This document shows positions 36,099-46,702 of a stretch of DNA of 58,403 nt, piece after piece (within the stretch, counting starts at the first letter, position 1; each line of letters begins with the position of its first letter). Source of the stretch: a virus (lineage: Duplodnaviria > Caudoviricetes); the IMG/VR virus record IMGVR_UViG_3300048598_000026, positions 1 through 58,403 of that record; one strand, given 5' to 3'. The notes beneath the pieces are model-generated. The model saw only the letters and a program-made list of their open reading frames with translations. It did no database searches and was not told the DNA's origin. Position numbers and translations under genes: made by a program.

Positions 36099-36671
36099 AT
36101 GTTCCAAAAAACAAAGTATCTTCTAATCGGCCTTGTCACCGGTCTGATCATGGCCACCGCCACCTTTGCCCTGGCTGATAATCCTATTAAACTCATTGTC
36201 AACGGTCAAGAAATCCAATGTGATGTACCACCTCAAAATGTTAATGGGCGCGTTTTAGTTCCAGCCAGATTTGTTGCAGAATCCCTGGGTGCCAGTGTAA
36301 CGTGGGATGCTGCCAGCAATGCTGTTGTGGTAACATCGGCTACACCTCCTTCGACAGTTGAAGAAAAAAAAGTTAGCTCCCCAACCGTGGAAGCTGGAGA
36401 GCATGGAGTTAAAGAAACCACATTCAAAGGATTGAAGGCTATTGAGGTTGATGGGAAAATTTATTTTAGTGGTATTGATTACAGTAGAAAATATGAAAAA
36501 GGGCCGGGAACACCATATAGTCCGGGATATGGCATAGATAAAGGTGCGAATATGTTGACTTACTCTGATTCCAACGGACAAACAACTTCTATCGCTACCA
36601 TTAATGAAGATTCTATTCAAAATTATTCCCATTTCAGCTATATAAACGTGAAATATTACCGTGAACCCTAA
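36099..36671 (+). CDS. Secreted protein with copper amine oxidase N-terminal (stalk) domain; moron
   Basis: Signal peptide, then IKLIVNG...GRVLVPARFVAESLGASVTWD. Confidence 0.8.
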   Translation: MFQKTKYLLIGLVTGLIMATATFALADNPIKLIVNGQEIQCDVPPQNVNGRVLVPARFVAESLGASVTWDAASNAVVVTSATPPSTVEEKKVSSPTVEAGEHGVKETTFKGLKAIEVDGKIYFSGIDYSRKYEKGPGTPYSPGYGIDKGANMLTYSDSNGQTTSIATINEDSIQNYSHFSYINVKYYREP

Positions 36672-38803
36672 CCGAAAACGGCGGTAATACCACCACTATC
36701 GGGGAAAGAAACATTTCCTCTTATTATTGTGTTCCCCAGATAATGACCTATTTGCGTATTGTTTAATCCTGTTACCACTAATGTAGGCCCTCCGGGGTCT
36801 ACATATATTTCAGCCACACCATTCCATTTAATACCACCTAAGTATTCTGGTTTCATATATAAATATTTCCCAATCGTTGCGTTCGTACCAACATTAATGG
36901 TTGTATTAGATGTAATCGTTCCACCCCTAATGTCTGGGCTTTCTATAGTTGTCTGCGTAATCTTAGTCTTAGTAATATACGACGGCAGCGCATCGGCAGA
37001 AAGCGCCCCAATATCCTCGGGGGATGTCGGTATATCACTGCTTGCAGCAACTCCATCGGGTAGGTTATCCCAGGTGATAACACTGTTAGGTCCCATGATA
37101 ATATCGCCTTCGATTCTTAAAATGCCGTCGATCCCTGTTTTTAATATTCCATCGTCTATACTTTTTGCTAAAATTTCGATTTCATTCACTACATCAACGT
37201 TGTTAACTATCAAGCTGCGACAGTCAACATCACCTGAGAAATTACCCTGTGTAGCTGTTAGCTTACCATCGGCATCAACCTTGAACACCCCGTCATTAAT
37301 ATTTATAGAGCCTTTTTTAATGGTTAACGTTCCTGTGGAAAGATCAAAAATAACATTTCCATTTTGATCTTTCAGCTTTCCAGTTTTTATTAGGTCAGCA
37401 TTAAGTATTCCAACCGTAATAAAATCAGCCACAATAGCGCCGTCCATGGTAATGGCTAATCCAAACGTTTCACCACCATCATTTGAATACGCAAGCCCGT
37501 TGATATTCCATTTCCAAAGCTTGGTTGCTTTTGTATAATCTTTGTCGTTTGAAATATACATAGTATTGGTACCATATTGGTCTTGTGTGATGGTAATATA
37601 ACCATTAGTGGCCATGTTCATAATTTGAGTGGCATTTTCTTTGGCTTCTTTTAAAACGCTCTGAACTTTCGGAAGACTTTCAATTTTCTGTAAAATATTA
37701 GTATTAGTTTGGTTATTAACACTCGTCAAGGAAGTTTTGATAGTATCCCCAAGTTTAAACTGTGTACCCTCAGGACTATCAAGTGGAATTTCAAGTTTAG
37801 TAACTGGAAAATATCGATCCATACCGTGAGGTTTAGAGACAACTCGAAGTTCATCGAGCAACTTAACTGCCTCATGATTCACATTTAAATAATGCAAATC
37901 CAAAGAGCTAAGCTCGATAGACAGATTGTCGAACTGAATATCAGCAAGATAAGCTTCGGCTTTAGATAACAATGACGATGCCGTACTTACATCGTCCCAA
38001 TGAATAACTTTTTCGATCCATCCGTATGAAGCCACTGCCTCGCTTGATTGCACGTAAAGACTACCGTTGTTCACACTTTCTACGGTTAGGTAAGCATCCA
38101 GAGCCTCAATCGGACTTTCATCCAATCGATTACCAAGTGGAACGATTACTGTAGCAAATTCCATTAAATCCCATTTGCGTGTAAAATCCAGAAGGTTCTT
38201 TCCAAATTCAATGATCTGACTGTTGGTGTTAGGATAATCGGCTAAATAATCCAAATATCTTACGCCATTAACTTTACGAATTCTGAGATGTCCTCCGAGC
38301 CTTTTTACAAGCTTTTCATTGATACACTCTATAGTTTTTTCGTAATTAGTGTAGCGATACAAAGAGTCATTGAAATCAATAACCGTTACACTACCAATAG
38401 TAAATTGCTTGTCGTTGGTCACCTTAGAATTATGAATGTTTATCAAAGTTTCTAAAAATCCCCGAACCGTTTGCCCAGAATATTCAGCAGGAGGTTGTGT
38501 GCTATCGTTTAAAAATGCAAGCTCGCCTTCACAATAAAGAACCCTATTATTCCAAAAGTCTTTATTTTCGGATAATACTCGGCCGGCCCATATCTCTTCA
38601 CCATCTTTATACACCGAAATATCACTTACCATTCGAACTATGGTGCTGTATCCAATGTTTGATGGCGGTAAAGTCATTGATAAAGAACCGGCTGCGTTGT
38701 CTTCAAGCGTTAACTTTGGATCTATGACTTTTGTGTTGTCTAAAGCGAAGACATCATTATATATACAAGCGCCATCGGCATAAATCGAATACATAAGAAT
38801 CAC
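36668..38803 (-). CDS. Tail hub/Tal-like baseplate protein
   Basis: Follows Dit; IEFGKNLLD, WKWNINGL, AITMDGAIVADFIT. Confidence 0.75.
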   Translation of the reverse strand: MILMYSIYADGACIYNDVFALDNTKVIDPKLTLEDNAAGSLSMTLPPSNIGYSTIVRMVSDISVYKDGEEIWAGRVLSENKDFWNNRVLYCEGELAFLNDSTQPPAEYSGQTVRGFLETLINIHNSKVTNDKQFTIGSVTVIDFNDSLYRYTNYEKTIECINEKLVKRLGGHLRIRKVNGVRYLDYLADYPNTNSQIIEFGKNLLDFTRKWDLMEFATVIVPLGNRLDESPIEALDAYLTVESVNNGSLYVQSSEAVASYGWIEKVIHWDDVSTASSLLSKAEAYLADIQFDNLSIELSSLDLHYLNVNHEAVKLLDELRVVSKPHGMDRYFPVTKLEIPLDSPEGTQFKLGDTIKTSLTSVNNQTNTNILQKIESLPKVQSVLKEAKENATQIMNMATNGYITITQDQYGTNTMYISNDKDYTKATKLWKWNINGLAYSNDGGETFGLAITMDGAIVADFITVGILNADLIKTGKLKDQNGNVIFDLSTGTLTIKKGSININDGVFKVDADGKLTATQGNFSGDVDCRSLIVNNVDVVNEIEILAKSIDDGILKTGIDGILRIEGDIIMGPNSVITWDNLPDGVAASSDIPTSPEDIGALSADALPSYITKTKITQTTIESPDIRGGTITSNTTINVGTNATIGKYLYMKPEYLGGIKWNGVAEIYVDPGGPTLVVTGLNNTQIGHYLGNTIIRGNVSFPDSGGITAVFG

Positions 38804-39555
38804 AACCTCCCTTGTCTGAAATCAATTGATACGGTACCCGTACCAGAAACACACTTGAAATATACGGTTACAGTATCACCAAGAAATAAAAATTCGGGAA
38901 TCTGTGTTGTTCCATTTTGAACTAATTTAGTAATATCGATCCCTAATTTATTGTTGACGAAACGAATATACATACCGTTTCCTAATACGGTAAAAACAAT
39001 AAACAACGGACAAACGGGCGCCCTACCAAACAAACCTTTGTCATATGTGTGAGCCGCATAAGATTCTGTAACGGAGATATTCTTAAACTCAGTCATAATA
39101 ATCCCGGTATAGAAGTTAAACGGGTCCCATTCCCAATCATCTAAAGACGCGTGTAAAAGCCATTTATACGGTCCGAGATTATAGTCGATGACAATTCGAG
39201 ACCAATCCTTGTCGCTTTTCCATTCATTTACAGTAAAGCGGCCTTCGTAAAAATACTCACGGTCATCTTCAAGAATGACTCGCATAGTTTGCCCGTGTAA
39301 ATAATCCATAATGTCCGAATAGGTCTGATACCATTGTTTATAGCCATTCATAACAATGAATTCTAAACTGCCCACTCTGTTTTCATAAACCGGATACCCG
39401 GTGAGTGATTCTGATAAATCGATAGAACAATCTGCACCGGGTATATCCAAGATCTTTCTTTTCAGTGATGGAGGATTAAATACCGGACGTGAGGAAGGAA
39501 CAATGTGCCAATCATCCCACGTGTTCTTATTTCCGAAAGTGATTGAATGATACAA
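38800..39555 (-). CDS. Distal tail protein (Dit)
   Basis: IPGADC.IDL...YENR.GSLEF; directly after the tape measure gene. Confidence 0.75.
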   Translation of the reverse strand: MYHSITFGNKNTWDDWHIVPSSRPVFNPPSLKRKILDIPGADCSIDLSESLTGYPVYENRVGSLEFIVMNGYKQWYQTYSDIMDYLHGQTMRVILEDDREYFYEGRFTVNEWKSDKDWSRIVIDYNLGPYKWLLHASLDDWEWDPFNFYTGIIMTEFKNISVTESYAAHTYDKGLFGRAPVCPLFIVFTVLGNGMYIRFVNNKLGIDITKLVQNGTTQIPEFLFLGDTVTVYFKCVSGTGTVSIDFRQGRL

Positions 39556-39558
39556 TTG

Positions 39559-42500
39559 TTAAATCCCCCTTCTTTCATAAATTACTCGTTGTCCAAAAGA
39601 AGAATCCAAAGGACCTACTAAGGCTCCAACTAATGTGCCGGTATCCATCACGATCTTTAGTTTACTCATGGTATTAGTCAAAACCGACATGTCATTACGA
39701 AGTTCTTCTATCGCTTTAACCACATTATCATTGTTAAGTATGATATTGTTTTGATTATCAGCAGTAGAATCATTCATACTCATGCCGATTTTTCCGGCTA
39801 AATTAATTGATCTTTGCGAGTAAAGCATCTTATCAACTTCGTTAACGCCTTTTATTACATTTGATAAATCTATAACTGGTCGGATTGTAGGCTCTGTATC
39901 CATATTAAAGTCCAAAGTGTCTGCTATTCCTGAAATTGCATTAGATATTCCCTTGATAGCGCTTTCACCAACATCCCTAGATGCGTCTACCACTTTAGAA
40001 GAGTAGTTTTTTAAACCACGAACAAACCCATCACCAGAATATTTACCAAATTCAATGAACGATTTAGAAGAGGAAATAGCATTGGAAACAACGCTTTTAA
40101 CAGCTGAAATAACGCTTATAGCTGTGTTCTGTATGCCTTTCTTTAACCCATCAACTTCGTTAACGCCTTTTGTTACATTTGATAAATCTATAATCGGTCG
40201 GATTGTAGGTTCTATATCGATCTTACCATTAACTATATCCGCCATGTTTGAAACGGTGTTCTTCAATGATTCCTTGGTATCATTGCCAATTTTTTTAACT
40301 TCTTTTACTGATAATTCGGAATATTCCCTTAAACCACCAGCAAAACCCTCCATGGAATACATGCCAATTTTTGCGAATTCCTTAGATGGTGATTTAATAC
40401 CGAGTGCCTTTTTAGCCGCTACTAAAGCTTTCTTAGCAGCATCAGCCGTAGCAATTGCTAACTCTACAGCTTGACTATTAACGCCGGCAGTTATACCATC
40501 TATAATGCTTTTTCCAAGTCCAACCCAATCTGGCTGTTGTAAAGCGTTTTGCATATTAGTCGCAATTTCTACAAAGTCTTTATTGTTCTCAACCTTTAAC
40601 GTTTCTACATTTGCATTCCATTTTGAATTAAAATCCGTAAGTTGAACTTGAGTTACCGAAGTTATTTCAGCAAGTTGCTTTCGATATATATTTTTTAATT
40701 CTTGAAGATCCTTTTGGGCTTGAGACTTTAAAAGTTTAATTTGTTTATCGGATTCAATACGAATTCCTTCAAGTTCTTTTGTTGCCTTTTTACTTGCCTG
40801 ACTATACTTCTCTTCCCATAGATCTGAGTATTTATCTAATTCAGGCCCACTGAGTTGGTTCAAAGCCTTAATCTTTTCAAGCGCTGTTGGGCCCATTTCT
40901 GTGAGTTCTTGAAGGAGACCTTCGCTAATGCCTTTATTTGCAAGTTTCTTTAAGTCTCTCTCCCATTCGTCAAATGCTTCAACTTGACTTTCTAAGTTTG
41001 TTAGTAGTTCAGAACCAGATACCGATTGTTCAGGTTCTTCAACTTTATCAAACAGACCATATGCATCATATAAGGCATTGGTACGAGACGCAAGAGCACT
41101 CTCGTATTTGTCGTTCACAGCCTGTATGTCTTGTTTGAGCTTTTCGTTGACTTCTGCGGTCTTTGAGTAATAATCGTTTTCTAATTGTTTTTTCTTCTCA
41201 GTTATCTCTTTATTAACTCTGTAAACCTCACGATCGGCTCTTTTACGTTCCTCAGTACCGGCTAAATATCGGCTTTGTATGCGCTCCCAAGCAGCGAGTT
41301 CCTCCATTAAGCTTAGATTGTTATAATATTTTCTATCATCAATCCACTTAACAGAATTATCAAATTCAGATTTGAGAAGCTCATTTTTAACCCGATATAC
41401 TTCCTTATCAACTCTTTTACGTTCTTCAGTACCGGCTAAATATCGGCTTTGTACTCGTTCCCAAGCAGCTAATTCCTCCATTAAACTTAGATCGTTATAA
41501 TATTTTCTATCATCAATCCACTTAACAGAATTATCAAATTCGGCTTTGATAAGCTCGTTTTTGACCCGATATACTTCCTTATCGGCTCTTTTACGTTCCT
41601 CAGTACCGGCTAAATATCGGCTTTGTATGCGCTCCCAAGCAGCGAGTTCCTCCATTAAGCTTAGATTGTTATAATATTTTCTATCATCAATCCACTTAAC
41701 AGAATTATCAAATTCATCCTTACTTGCTTTCACTGCTTTTTTAGCCATAGTCGATGACTCTGCGACTGCCTTCGGGGTTTCCTGTTTTATACCATTCGTT
41801 AGTCCAGCAACAATATTTTCACCAAACCCTTGAAATACCTTAGAAGGTGAGTGAATACCCAACAAATTCTTAGCTGCGGAAATAGCATCAGAAACAACGC
41901 CTTTCGCAGCTAAAACAACACTACCCGCTGCATTCTGTATGCCACGCTTTAACCCATTAATCAAATCACTGCCCATTGAGGTAAACTCGGATAATTTGCC
42001 TTTTATTCCGGATAAAACATTCGATATAATATTGGTGGCCGCATTCTTAACATCAGAAATCTTATTGGAAATACCATTCTTGAGGTTTATCGTTAATTCC
42101 TCGCCTTTTGACAAGAACTCGCCCATCTTATTAGATATAGCTGAAACCAAATCGGTTACAACATTGATGATGGATTGAACCGCGTCAGAAAGCTTATTGG
42201 AAATACCATTGATAAGACCCTGAATGATATTCATACCAATATCAGTAAATACCTTAGAAGGTGAGTGAATACCGAGGAATACCAATACAACTTCTAATAA
42301 TGACTTAAACAAGTGAATAAACGCATCTCTGATACGAGGGGCATTTTCTTCTATCCCCTGAGCTAGTCCATCGATAAGGCTAATAATAATGTCAATACCC
42401 GCTTGAATGACGTCAGGAATCATCGATGTAATTCCTTGTAAAAAGCCAATAAGTATCTTTATACCGGCTTGTACTATTTGTGGAATATGACTAGCTAACG

Positions 42501-45500
42501 ATTCTAACACAGATGTTATTAGCAATAAAAATGCATCGATGACTTTTGGAATAACGGTTATAATCGCATCAATAAGAGCAGTTAAAACAGTTGTGATCGC
42601 AGCAAGAATTGTTGGGCCAGCTCCAGCAATAACCTCAGCAAAGGCTATTATACCTTCGCCAAGCATTTTGAGAGTCATTGGTATTAATCCTATAAGACCA
42701 GTTACAAGTGCTACTAATGCCACTGTGCCAGCAGTACCAGCTACCGCTAAGGCCGACAGTCCTGCTGATAACGCTAATATGCCAGCACCAATAGCTGCAA
42801 CACCTACGCCCAATAGTGCAATAGCTGCCGCTAACCCTAATATAGCTGGAATTGCTGGTGTTAATAACATTGCAGCTACGCCAATAACTGTAAACGCTCC
42901 AGCTAATCCAAGCAAAGCTATTCCGATCTGTGCTAAGGACATTGAACCGATAGTTTTTAATGCACCAGCTAATATAGTGATTGAGAGAGCAAAAATTGAA
43001 AATGTCAAAGAATCGACCATGGAACTTGTTTTTCCTAACATCACAAACGCGGCTATAATAACGGTCAAAGAACCAAGTAAAGCTACTAAACTTCTTGCTA
43101 TTTCATCCCAAGACATGCTACTCAATGCTTTTAAAGCCTGTGCCAAAATCATTATAGCGCTGGCAACATCGAGTAAAGCTAACGATTGTATAAATATGTT
43201 TTTCGGCAACGCTAAAAACGTTACAGTTATCATTGCTAAAGCCGCGCCTAATGATAACAGTCCTTTACTCATCGCTTCCCATGACATAGCACTCATTTTT
43301 ATAATGGCCGCTGCTAATATGTTAATAGCCGTTCCAAGAACTATTAAACTAACAGCCGTCTTAATCACATTTGGCGCGTTTCCTGCTATGTTCGTAAAAA
43401 TAGTAATCTCGGTTAATATAACAGCAATACCAGCAAGACCTTTGACCAACGCACCAAGATCAATTTCGCTTATCTTTCTCACTGCATCAGCTAAAACAGA
43501 TATAGCCACAGCCAAAAGTAGAAGACCTGCACCTTTTAATGCACCCATACCACTAAGGTCAGTCGCTTTCATAAATAACGACAACTCCGCAGATAATACA
43601 CCAACGGCAATAAGCCCTTTAGCTAAGTCGGCAAGATCAAGTTCACCTAATTGCTTAACAGCTTTAGTAAGGATTAATATAGATGTTCCAAATATAATAA
43701 AACCGACTGATGCGACTATAAGACTTTTTGAACTTGTTTCTAATGCTTTTGACGTTTGTATTAATATAACGGATAAACCTGCCACACCAACAAGACCTTT
43801 AATTACACCATCCCAATCAAGATTACCCAACTTTTCCATCGCCGATGTGAGTATGAGAACTGCTACAGATAAACCTATCATTCCAGTTGTGATTTTTATC
43901 ATCGCTAAGAAACCATGAGGCCCAGTAAGAGTGCTAAACACTGACATAGCAGTAAATAGTTCTATAAACATCACCGTCATAGCACCTAACGAAACTGTAA
44001 GTTTTTCGGAATCTATCATTGATATAGTTAACAAAGCGGCAGCTAGTATACCAATAGCTATAGCAATTTTTAATAATATATTCGCTTTTAACTGTGACTG
44101 ATAAGCTTCAAGACAACCTCTAACCCCATCTAAGATTTCTGTCATATCCGCTATCGAACTTGTAAACTTTTTAATCCCATACAATATTCCAACGAGTAAA
44201 CCATTGTTTATAAAATTAAATAAAGAATTAAAGTTGACATCATTAAGAGATTTAGTTATACCATCCTGTAATATACCAACCGCTTTACCGATTTCTAAAG
44301 CAAGATTGTAGAAGAAAGATATAAAGCTTTTCAAAGCCTCTCCAACTTTCATAAGAGGTTGAAATCTCTTTTCTATTTGTCCAGTAAACTCGTCAACACC
44401 AGTCATGTCTGGTACCTTGACAGCTTTAAAGGCACTTGCTATCAGATTACCAAACATTACAATTCCTTCTGCAACCGGTTTTAAGACTTTACCGATGTTT
44501 TGAATTACGACGTTGAATGCGTCAGAAGACTTTAACGCGTCACGAATAGCAACAATGAAATCCCCAACTCCCCCAGTAACAGAAAGAAAACCATCACTAA
44601 CAGGGAGTAACATTTTAACAAGAGAAATAAGACCTCCAACGATTGCTGTTAAAGCCATTTTACCAATATCAAGAAGTGCGAAGAAACCTTTGAATGTGTT
44701 TTTAATGTCTTTAGCAGTTTCGTCTCCTATTTTGAGGCTTTCTGTGAAATTCTTAAGTCCTTCTGTCATAGAGACTAATTGTGCACCTGTTATTGAAGGA
44801 AAGATTTCTCTAAAAGCTTCTCTTATAGGTTTTAAAACTCGTCCTAATGCTTCAAACGAGTTTCTAAACGAATCAATAAGTGCTGCGCGACCACCATTGT
44901 CTTTCCAGAACTGCAACATTTCATTTCGAGCATCTGCCGATTTACCGATGAGACCGCCGAATATATCACTAATTTCAGTCAGAAGAGCTTTAGCTTCTTC
45001 AAAATCACCAATAATAATTTCCCAGCTCTGAGACCAACCGGACTGAGCGGACTCTTTCAAAGTGTCCCATAACTGAGTAAAAGTCTTAACTTTAGTGGCG
45101 GCATCTTCCATGGCTTGAGCTTCGGTAATAAGAGCATCAGCCTGCTTCTGAGTCCATTTGCCAGACTCCATCATGCTCTTGGCATAGTTGGTCGCTCCAT
45201 CGACGGTGAATTTATTCAAAGTCTCGTTAAGGATATCAGCGGAAATCCATCCTTCCTGCAACGAGTCTCTAAACGAACCATTTGCTTTGATAATTTGGTC
45301 TACGGCAATGCCATGTTCTCTAGCTGTCTGCTTTAGAGCTTCCTGAAACTTTTCGCCACCCATACCAGCATTAACGACTGAGTTCCAGTCCATAAGTTGT
45401 ACTTTACCAGTTGCTAATGCCTGAGAAAGCTGATACATTGCCGTCGATGCCTGTTGCGAAGATGAACCGGATGCTGCCGCTAAGTTAGCAATACCTTGAA

Positions 45501-45999
45501 TAGCTTTTGCTGATTCTTCCAAACCAACTCCGGCGGCCGTGAAGGTACCGATATTACGGGTCATCTCAGCGAAGTTGTAAATCGTCTTATCGGCATATGT
45601 ATTCAACTCGTCGATGACTCGTGTAACATCCTTCATAGTCGTGCCCTTACTTGCGGTATTGGATATGATTGTCTGAATGGCGTTGATCTTGGTTTCATAC
45701 TCTGAGAAACCCGTCATAATCGGATCTATAGTTAAGGCTGAAAGCATTCTCTTTCCAGTATTAATTGCTGAATTAGTAATATTTGCGAGGGCTGTTACCG
45801 CCATGACCTCGAGAGCCGAAAACTTGATACGAACCGATTCTACAGCCCCGCTAAGTCCTGACATGCTGTTATTACTTCCGGTCATATTCAAACTTTGATT
45901 AAGTTTATCAAGAGATGATAATGTACCTTTGATATTAGACTCAAACTGTCTATTATCAAACTGCATCTCAACAATTCTCGAATCGATTGTCCTACTCAT
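39559..45999 (-). CDS. Tape measure protein
   Basis: 2146 aa; tape-measure domain, long hydrophobic central region, GIHSPS repeats. Confidence 0.93.
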   Translation of the reverse strand: MSRTIDSRIVEMQFDNRQFESNIKGTLSSLDKLNQSLNMTGSNNSMSGLSGAVESVRIKFSALEVMAVTALANITNSAINTGKRMLSALTIDPIMTGFSEYETKINAIQTIISNTASKGTTMKDVTRVIDELNTYADKTIYNFAEMTRNIGTFTAAGVGLEESAKAIQGIANLAAASGSSSQQASTAMYQLSQALATGKVQLMDWNSVVNAGMGGEKFQEALKQTAREHGIAVDQIIKANGSFRDSLQEGWISADILNETLNKFTVDGATNYAKSMMESGKWTQKQADALITEAQAMEDAATKVKTFTQLWDTLKESAQSGWSQSWEIIIGDFEEAKALLTEISDIFGGLIGKSADARNEMLQFWKDNGGRAALIDSFRNSFEALGRVLKPIREAFREIFPSITGAQLVSMTEGLKNFTESLKIGDETAKDIKNTFKGFFALLDIGKMALTAIVGGLISLVKMLLPVSDGFLSVTGGVGDFIVAIRDALKSSDAFNVVIQNIGKVLKPVAEGIVMFGNLIASAFKAVKVPDMTGVDEFTGQIEKRFQPLMKVGEALKSFISFFYNLALEIGKAVGILQDGITKSLNDVNFNSLFNFINNGLLVGILYGIKKFTSSIADMTEILDGVRGCLEAYQSQLKANILLKIAIAIGILAAALLTISMIDSEKLTVSLGAMTVMFIELFTAMSVFSTLTGPHGFLAMIKITTGMIGLSVAVLILTSAMEKLGNLDWDGVIKGLVGVAGLSVILIQTSKALETSSKSLIVASVGFIIFGTSILILTKAVKQLGELDLADLAKGLIAVGVLSAELSLFMKATDLSGMGALKGAGLLLLAVAISVLADAVRKISEIDLGALVKGLAGIAVILTEITIFTNIAGNAPNVIKTAVSLIVLGTAINILAAAIIKMSAMSWEAMSKGLLSLGAALAMITVTFLALPKNIFIQSLALLDVASAIMILAQALKALSSMSWDEIARSLVALLGSLTVIIAAFVMLGKTSSMVDSLTFSIFALSITILAGALKTIGSMSLAQIGIALLGLAGAFTVIGVAAMLLTPAIPAILGLAAAIALLGVGVAAIGAGILALSAGLSALAVAGTAGTVALVALVTGLIGLIPMTLKMLGEGIIAFAEVIAGAGPTILAAITTVLTALIDAIITVIPKVIDAFLLLITSVLESLASHIPQIVQAGIKILIGFLQGITSMIPDVIQAGIDIIISLIDGLAQGIEENAPRIRDAFIHLFKSLLEVVLVFLGIHSPSKVFTDIGMNIIQGLINGISNKLSDAVQSIINVVTDLVSAISNKMGEFLSKGEELTINLKNGISNKISDVKNAATNIISNVLSGIKGKLSEFTSMGSDLINGLKRGIQNAAGSVVLAAKGVVSDAISAAKNLLGIHSPSKVFQGFGENIVAGLTNGIKQETPKAVAESSTMAKKAVKASKDEFDNSVKWIDDRKYYNNLSLMEELAAWERIQSRYLAGTEERKRADKEVYRVKNELIKAEFDNSVKWIDDRKYYNDLSLMEELAAWERVQSRYLAGTEERKRVDKEVYRVKNELLKSEFDNSVKWIDDRKYYNNLSLMEELAAWERIQSRYLAGTEERKRADREVYRVNKEITEKKKQLENDYYSKTAEVNEKLKQDIQAVNDKYESALASRTNALYDAYGLFDKVEEPEQSVSGSELLTNLESQVEAFDEWERDLKKLANKGISEGLLQELTEMGPTALEKIKALNQLSGPELDKYSDLWEEKYSQASKKATKELEGIRIESDKQIKLLKSQAQKDLQELKNIYRKQLAEITSVTQVQLTDFNSKWNANVETLKVENNKDFVEIATNMQNALQQPDWVGLGKSIIDGITAGVNSQAVELAIATADAAKKALVAAKKALGIKSPSKEFAKIGMYSMEGFAGGLREYSELSVKEVKKIGNDTKESLKNTVSNMADIVNGKIDIEPTIRPIIDLSNVTKGVNEVDGLKKGIQNTAISVISAVKSVVSNAISSSKSFIEFGKYSGDGFVRGLKNYSSKVVDASRDVGESAIKGISNAISGIADTLDFNMDTEPTIRPVIDLSNVIKGVNEVDKMLYSQRSINLAGKIGMSMNDSTADNQNNIILNNDNVVKAIEELRNDMSVLTNTMSKLKIVMDTGTLVGALVGPLDSSFGQRVIYERRGI
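41212..41715 (-). repeat. Three tandem 174-bp (58-aa) repeats in the tape measure gene
   Basis: EFDNSVKWIDDRKYY...VYRV x3; DNA offsets 41353/41527/41701. Confidence 0.9.
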
Positions 46000-46373
46000 G
46001 ACTTAGTAACTTCCCTCCATGCTTCATTTACGATTTTATCAAAAAGAGGCTGGATAGCAGGATTGATATAATCTCGCCCCTGTACCCAGCCGCCATTACG
46101 AGTTCCGTGTCCATACTGTAGAATGATAGCTATTGGAACTCCATTTTGAATGTTTGAATTATAAAAAGTAATTGTTGCTGATCCGTTTTTGTTAACTATC
46201 TTATAATACCAAGAATTAGCTGTTTGTCCGGAGTCGACTGGTGTTGCAGACGCAAGGGCGGCTACTCCCTCTCGACCGTACTTGTCGAGATCTCCGAGAC
46301 GAATAGCCTCTTTAGCTTTCTCCAAAAAACGTGTCAGTTTAGAGAAGTCGCCCTTTTGTCTGAAACTTATCAT
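45996..46373 (-). CDS. HK97 gp10-like tail completion protein
   Basis: TPVDSG.TANSW...QYGHGT...GRDYINPA. Confidence 0.8.
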   Translation of the reverse strand: MISFRQKGDFSKLTRFLEKAKEAIRLGDLDKYGREGVAALASATPVDSGQTANSWYYKIVNKNGSATITFYNSNIQNGVPIAIILQYGHGTRNGGWVQGRDYINPAIQPLFDKIVNEAWREVTKS

Positions 46374-46390
46374 ATGGATTCTCCTTCTAA

Positions 46391-46702
46391 CTAAATTGTA
46401 GGACTATCAGAGTTGCTATTAACGAAATCGACCGATTTAGCTGACTCGAAAGTTATGCCGCCTTCTTTGTGATCGCTTTTTGCCATGTTCAAATAGAACG
46501 AGCAAATAACCCCGTGAGCTGTCCACGGCAACCCAACCATAGCGGAAAGCCATGGTAGAGAACCAGTAAATCCCTTATATACGCATAAACCGGCCAGCAA
46601 AAGACCACCGACAGTCACAACCCATAAAAGCAGTCTGATGTCTGATACAAGTCGCTTTGAATACTCTGTCTTCCTTTCCGCCAGCCGACCAAGCTTCATC
46701 AT
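46391..46702 (-). CDS. Two-TM membrane protein of the lysis cassette
   Basis: Two hydrophobic helices; overlaps endolysin stop. Confidence 0.6.
   Translation of the reverse strand: MMKLGRLAERKTEYSKRLVSDIRLLLWVVTVGGLLLAGLCVYKGFTGSLPWLSAMVGLPWTAHGVICSFYLNMAKSDHKEGGITFESAKSVDFVNSNSDSPTI

Noticed and set aside
42539-43918. 459-aa plus-strand ORF and other long antisense ORFs (e.g. 36759-37367, 44513-45031, 21834-22340)
   Set aside because: Shadows of codon-biased minus-strand genes; no RBS or recognisable motifs
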